DNA of 64,000 nucleotides from Antedon mediterranea (taxonomy: Eukaryota; Animalia; Echinodermata), in the NCBI RefSeq assembly GCF_964355755.1, contig NC_092680.1, positions 9,052,001 to 9,116,000 on the forward strand. The letters run 5' to 3'. Shown one piece after another: positions 57,205-64,000 of this stretch. Position 1 is the stretch's first letter. Every line of letters starts with the position of its first letter. The notes beneath the pieces were generated by a model. The model was given only the letters and a program-made list of their open reading frames with translations, was not told where the DNA came from and ran no database searches. Both the position numbers and the translations under genes were made by a program.

Positions 57205-60200
57205 ATAATGTATATATAAATCATACTGTCAAATTATTGAAACAGTGCTCATATTCGGAACATGATCTCATAATCGCGTCGAGCATAGCTCATCGGCAAA
57301 AGTTCCGATTATGCGCGACCCCCTCCCTCACCTACCCATACACACACACACGTACACACGCATATCTGATAGGGAACACAATACCGTTAGACCACAAATA
57401 ATCGTTTATGGACAGTCCCTATTATTTTCTGAAACACTAAATTAAATACATCTGCAGGTTAAATAAACAACGTTTACTTTAGTCTTTACATTTAGCACAG
57501 AATACCATGCCCTATTTCCAATGTGACGTCACCTAATATCCAGACGACTTGAATACGCTTTATAACGATTAATCGTCTACAGTACAGTTAACAGATGCAT
57601 AGTATTAGTGTGTCTACGGGTTTGAACTTCTTAATACGAATTAGTACTTAATACGAGTTACTCCGTATATGCTATAATAATCTGATATAATGTGTCATTT
57701 TATAGGCCTACATGTGCACAGGTGAGAGTCAAATGGAAAGACAGACTGTCAAAAAAGTCACATTAATATTAAACTTTCATCGTTATACCTTTAATAATCC
57801 CCGGTATCCGACATCCGGTTTCGATGATTATAGGTTATAATATTTTACCTTACTTTAAATTGAGTTATGATGTATCGAGACGTTAGGCCAACACAGACTG
57901 TTTACATCACGTAATGAGGCAAATCGTTGAAAACGGAGCCGTTGCGATATATATGCTTCAATGATAATTAATCTTTATTCATCGTGACGGATGATGAAAA
58001 AACCCCAAAACAAACAAAAACCCTCACAGAGGTGTTCTTAAGTACCAGAGTGAAATGGGGATTTGATTTGTAATGAATTCTAAGAGTATTATCTGATACA
58101 ACTTATTCAGTAACAATTTAATAAGAAATATTCAATATGATTTTGTTTAAATGTTGTGGTCTACTTCAGTTGAAACAATTCAAAATCATTTAAATGATTA
58201 TATTAATGAGGGGTAAATTTGTTTCTTATTTTACAAAAGGACTACAAGCAACGAATATTGTATTTTTCATCGTTATGAATTGTTTGTTCCCTTTGAGGGA
58301 TGGCGTTGGTGTGCCGATCTTAACAAAACACCGATGCTCTTATACTTTTTACCTTAAAACTGTTCCAGCCCAATTACCGATTATTAATCGCATTAAGTCC
58401 CCCAGGTATATTAACGTCAAATCAATGTTTTCTTGTTATTTTTAAGTTTCGTAATGGATGGAATATACAAATATACATTTGCAATTTGTGATCGATAATG
58501 GTGTGTGTTATTAAGTTCATCTGAACTATTAGTAGGCCTATTATTATACACTTATATTACTTTTTGCTTAATCGTTGTAGTCGGCGTCATCATTCCTTTG
58601 ATGAACCGTCTTCAGGTGTTTGTGTGTTATTTGTTTCTCGTTAAAAAATATAATGGTGCTGACGTATGAGATTTATCAGTTTCTATCCAACAAAATTTAA
58701 GTTCACATCTACGCAGAAAAAAACTTCGCCATCGATCTTGAGCACTAACTAACAAAAGCAATATTTTGTGCGTATGATTTTGTTCGAATGGGCGGCCTTT
58801 TTTCTCATTTCTTGTATAATTTATAAATCACTGGGTTCTTTCAATGGCTGTAAAATTAATAATTTGTGATTTAAATAACATTTTTCCATTTTATTTGTCA
58901 TCTTGTCGAAGCTGCCCATTACATTCTTCATATCAATTTTTTTCTACAAAATTACCAATTTACACTTTTTTCACACCTTTGGGAGTTTTAATTAAATGTT
59001 CTCAATTTTATAAATGTTTCTACATTGCCATTATAATGATATTAAATTAATAATAATAACAAACACACTATTAACATCAATCTAATGTGAAAATCACAAT
59101 TCTGTAAGATTGTTTATTCACCATCTAATTTAATGCTGAACATTGGCTAAACTAAAACGACCAATACATCATATATTTTTCCCAGTAGAATCATTTACAG
59201 ATTTATGTTTAAAATATCTCCCCAATGTGCATTACTTAATCAATTCACGGAATGGACGATCCTCCATGTTATACTATACCGGTGTATATTCGAAGTATTA
59301 TTATTTAAGTAGTTTGTAATGGTTAGAGCATAGACCTAACATGTTTACGTCTTTGGTTATAAATGCTAAATGTATATTAGTGTGGTCCCCTCCCTCCACT
59401 AGTTATTGGCCTCTTAGATCAAGAGTTATTTCTTTACCTCTGTAGGCCTACGAATCTCCTAGCCCTAGTCTACTTGTCAATAGACTAATGGTCTCACAAT
59501 GTTTCTATAATTCGTGATATCACGTACTAAAATGTTACGCGCACATAAGCATGAACATCCCCGTTTATTGAATTCCCGTGCGTTAAGTTTCTTTTCTTCG
59601 TGGTCTTACTTCCGAGTATATTTCTTTTTAAAAACATTTATAGGTAGGCTAACTGCTTTCTGGTTCGTGTAGCGGCCATGAATTAACATGGGATCTAACA
59701 TTCTTTAATTCCCCTATCTTTCAAAACATGATAGGCCTATTTAATGGGTTTTTTAAAATATGAAAGTCACTAAATTCAGTCACTGTGTGCGAACGGAAAT
59801 GGAAGAATAACCACACAGATCAGTGTGACATGTTGTTTCTTATGCTCTTATAGATTAATAATATTAAAACTACTAACCCAAATCATATCAACATCGACGG
59901 CAACCAAACAGTTTTAGCCTAAACTGTATATTGTATGTAAATCAAATGTAAACTATCCAACCAAAATTTCATTTGTACCTCGTTGAAATGGCAATTTAAT
60001 AATATCGTATCGTAAACTTGTTGAATTGCGTGCGCGTTATAAAAAAAGTATTGCGCACATGCGGTTTTTGTATAAATAATGATTAGTGCGTATGTATGAG
60101 TTGTTGTACTCTGCATGCCTGTTTGCTTCCGCGTGTAATATTTCTACTAAAGAGACGTGTACGTGAGAGCTTTCCAGGCCTCCCTGTGTATTGTTTCCAG

Positions 60201-60339
60201 AATCGACTATCACTGCAATGACCGAGTTTCCATCGAAATGTTATTTATACGTTTACGAGAAAATTAACACTGTGCTAATCTTTTTACAAACAACAATCTA
60301 TCTCTTCGAGTACAAAATAAAGCATCTCAGATAATCATT

Positions 60340-61392
60340 GGTGACAGGCTATGATAGGATGTTGACGATGAGGATAATGTTGACTGTGACGACGGTGAGG
60401 AGGATGAAGTTGACAATGAAGGTAACAACAAGGATGAGGTTGCCAATGTTGTGAGGATGAGTTTGGTTTGACGACGGTGAGGATGAAGTTGACAATGAAC
60501 GTGACGACGAGGATGAAGTTGGCGACGAGTATGAGGATGACGGTGAGGATGAAGTTGACAATGAAGGTGACGATGCGGATGACTGTGACGACGGTGATGA
60601 TGAAGTTGACATTGAACGTGACGACGAGGATGAAGTTGGCGACGATTATGAGGATGACTGTGACGACGGTGAGGAAGAAGTTGACGATGAGGATGACTGT
60701 GACGACGGTGAAGATGAAGGTGGCGACGAGGATGAGGTTGACTTGAAGAGGGTGAGGATGAGGTTGACGATGAAGGTGACGACGAGGATGAGGTTGACTG
60801 ACGACGGTGAGGATGAAGTTGACAATGAAGGTGACGATGAGGATGATGACTGACGACGGTGAGGATGAAGTTGACAATGAACGTGACGACGAGGATGAAG
60901 TTGGCGACGATTATGAGGATGACTGTGACGACGGTGAGGAAGAAGTTGACGATGAGGATGACTGTGACGACGGTGAAGATGAAGGTGGCGACGAGGATGA
61001 GGTTGACTTGAAGAGGGTGAGGATGAGGTTGACGATGAAGGTGACGACGAGGATGCGGTTGACTGACGACGGTGAGGATGAAGTTGACAATGAAGGTGAC
61101 GATGAGGATGATGACTGACGACGGTGAGGATGAAGTTGACAATAAAGGTGACGATGAGGTTTACTGTGTTCACTGTGAAGACGGTGAGGGTGAAAATGAC
61201 GACAAGGATGAGGTTGACTTGAAGAGGGTGAGGATGAGGTTGACGATGAAGGTGACGACAAGGATGAGGTTGACGATGAAGGTGACGACGAGGATGAGGT
61301 TGACTGTGACGACGATGAGGATGAGGTTGACGATAAATGTGACGACGAGGGTGAGGTTGACGATGAAAATGGCGAAGATGAAGTTAATCATT
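60340..61392. repeat. Codon-like GAT/GAC/GAG/GTT compound satellite with a 265-bp higher-order duplication
   Basis: Units such as GACGACGGTGAGGATGAAGTTGACAATGAA. Identical ORF translations are offset by 265 nt (60807 vs 61072), and the frame breaks repeatedly. Confidence 0.85.
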
Positions 61393-64000
61393 TAGTGGTC
61401 TGTTGCTACCTAGAAAAAGGTTTGCTGTCAAGTTTTACATTGATCATCTGGCGACGACGTGATAATAATAATAACTATACTGATTACGACGATACGGATT
61501 ATGATTTTACGTTTGATAATGATGATAATAGTGAGAAAATAGAAGAAGATTGTGTTTACACTATAAATATCTGGACAACAATGTCTAATGGAACTATTAT
61601 TTTGATTTATGTTATCTAGTTGATTGTATATGTGACTTTTGACTGATGCATGCCTTGTTATATAATTCACTTCATCTCACCCTTGGAGATATACCGTTGT
61701 TTCCACGAACAAGTACGGTATCACTGCCAAGTACAATCCACTACCGAGAATAAACAAATTGTTTGATTATAGCTTTGTTTTTAACAACTAGAATTAATTT
61801 GTGAACTTTCCTCATTCTCAAATGACCCACATTAATAACTGCCTGTATATTCCTAGAAAAGCAAGCACAATGGTGCGACAGAAAACACATTTGCTCAGTT
61901 ATGCAATTACTCTTTTACAGTTCTGAAATTGATGTAAGTGTTTTGTGTTTTTTTTTTCATATCGGTTCAGTTATATTCGTTTAAAAGTCAACCATTTAGG
62001 CCTCCAAATACAAAGGAAATCTCCGTATTGGAAAATGGCATTCTCAGAATATCTATGTAATGGATTAAAAGCAAACTTTCGAATGAGTAACTGCTAAAAT
62101 ACAAGTATGAGACGCTTTGCCAATTTCAATTAAATTTATTTCACGTAAGGCCTATATAGATAAATTCAATAAAAGCATATCAATGTGTACAATAATATAA
62201 CTGCGGAAACTTAAAAATGAGTTGGGTCAAAGTGAAAAAGTGTAAAATGGGCAAGAGAAAAAATTCAGATGCCTTTGCTCTCTGGATAAACTACAATTCA
62301 AACGGCCGTTTAATACATATGTGACGAAATAACCATCCCCAACACTTTCTCTACAAATCCGAGAGATTGTAAATAGCTATATTTCCTAACTATAGAAAAT
62401 CGTTGACTAGCTATGTGTTCCTCAATAAAGTTCTCCCTTAAATGAGGCGCTCTGTCTCGGATTGCAACCGTATCAAGATACAGATATATAGCTCCACATC
62501 CGACGTGAAGTGAAGATTGTTCATTTACACTCCATAACTAAAACACAATATTTATTGAAGAAAAAAAAAACGAAACCAAAAAGAGAAAAAAAAACCAGTA
62601 CACTGAAATGTTTGAAGTATGACGTGTTCGAAGGCGGTAAACACTAAAAGTTAATTCTTTAATCCTTAATTGATGTTTCAACGAAAAAAATTTTTTTTTA
62701 AAATCTAAGACCAAAACCTCTATAAATCTTTTAAGCATATATCTTCTTTGTTTTACCCAGTGTGTCTGCATAGGTCTTATTAGGTCGTTAAATGGTTTTT
62801 TTTTTATGTGGATCATAATCACTATTTTCTACAAAGCCTTTACATTCCGTGAAGTTACAAGAAACTAGCCTATTCAATGTTCATTTTTTGTTCAATTCAG
62901 TTACCGTATTCATTAATGGTTTAAAATCACTGTAGTCGTAATAAAATAATATTTATGGCAATAAAGATTAGACCCCCAACTCTTTTACCGGCATATGGTT
63001 CATATACTTTTGATGTATATGGTATATCACAAATTTGGTCAAACTGTCAAACGAAGAAATATATTTAAACATTCGTGATAACCAGGGAGCAGCCCTGATA
63101 AAGTAAAGCCACCTATCATGTTCTTTATCTGCCTTCTGAAAGTTACCGTATGTTGCGTATTGTAAATAAAAAATACATATTTGGGTTTCCGGGAGAGGTA
63201 TAGTTTTTCTTCTATTATGCATACATACCCAGGATTATTAAAGATTTCTGAAATCGGAAATAATTGATTTAAAAAGTGTATTTATTATATGGGCTTTGAA
63301 CTTGTTATCTGACATACTTTTCTCTGCTGGTTTATGTGAGCATGATAAGCCGGGTGAAGACATTGATCTTTTTTAAACACCCTTTCTGTTAAAAATAGAT
63401 GCTGTTAATCCATTCAATACAAAAATATCTTGATTAAGATGTATTTTATCGATTACTAAACGATTATTGCGAAGTCATGAATGCACTGGTCAAACCGCAC
63501 GAGAAGACGCACAGGGTCCCAGACAAAAATATGTCAAGTAAAGACTAGCTTTTCAGACAGGCAGACAGACCATGACCTGAAACATACCTCTAAAGGTGAA
63601 CCGTCTCGGCTCCTCGTTGGATGGACATCAGTAAACCCGTCGAGGACTGTCCGTAGAGACCTTGTTTCTATTTTATTGAAAAACGACCAATTAAAACTAA
63701 TGATAGACAAGTGTGTATACAGAGTTGTCGACAAATTTACCTCGTGTACAAACAGCTCATAAATGCTTTAGATTTACTGTTTTTGTCTGTCGACCTTTTT
63801 AACTAACCTATTTTTAAGCTGACCTTGCTATAGGTAATGCCACGGTTCTGCCATCACTAGTTTTTAAAATCAAATAAAAGACTCTCATTTTATGTTAATA
63901 TATTTTGTTTACAGAAATAAAATGTACATTATAAGTAGCTAATCATCATTTTTGTCATTTTATGTCGAAAGCTACTATTGTTTTTCAGTAAAAATATGAA

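Noticed and set aside
60327-61395. Long His/Ser/Val-rich ORFs (up to 271 aa)
   Set aside because: Stop-free frames of a low-complexity satellite on both strands; no splice or domain support.
62968-63762. ORFs near the right edge as a gene
   Set aside because: No recognisable domain or consistent exon chain. It may be UTR or regulatory sequence of a gene outside the window.

Overview
AT-rich animal genomic DNA with spliceosomal GT-AG introns, probably an invertebrate deuterostome (inference from gene similarity and repeat types). I reconstructed six complete multi-exon protein-coding genes by hand, with consistent splice phases: mitochondrial CLPX (-), a highly divergent aquaglyceroporin (+), a ~795-aa TIR-ZU5-ZU5-UPA-death domain protein (-), a very compact Pygopus (+), MRPL24 (-) and HAUS1 (+). 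The last exon of an unidentified seventh gene lies at the left edge. Introns and spacers are packed with often nested mobile elements: Helentron-associated (HINE-like) elements, one carrying two tRNA-Val copies; MITEs with MULE-, P-, Ginger-, Kolobok-, PIF/Harbinger- and Tc1/mariner-type ends; CR1/L2 and Penelope fragments; and a 5S rRNA-headed SINE split by a Kolobok-type insertion. The most interesting items are (1) a PIDD/DTHD1-like ZU5-ZU5-UPA-DD protein with an N-terminal TIR domain lacking the catalytic Glu, (2) an intact aquaglyceroporin with NPS/NLA motifs and Gln in place of the selectivity-filter Arg, and (3) HINE-like elements that share a core under different termini and carry tRNA cargo. 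All domain and family calls are by eye; no searches were run.
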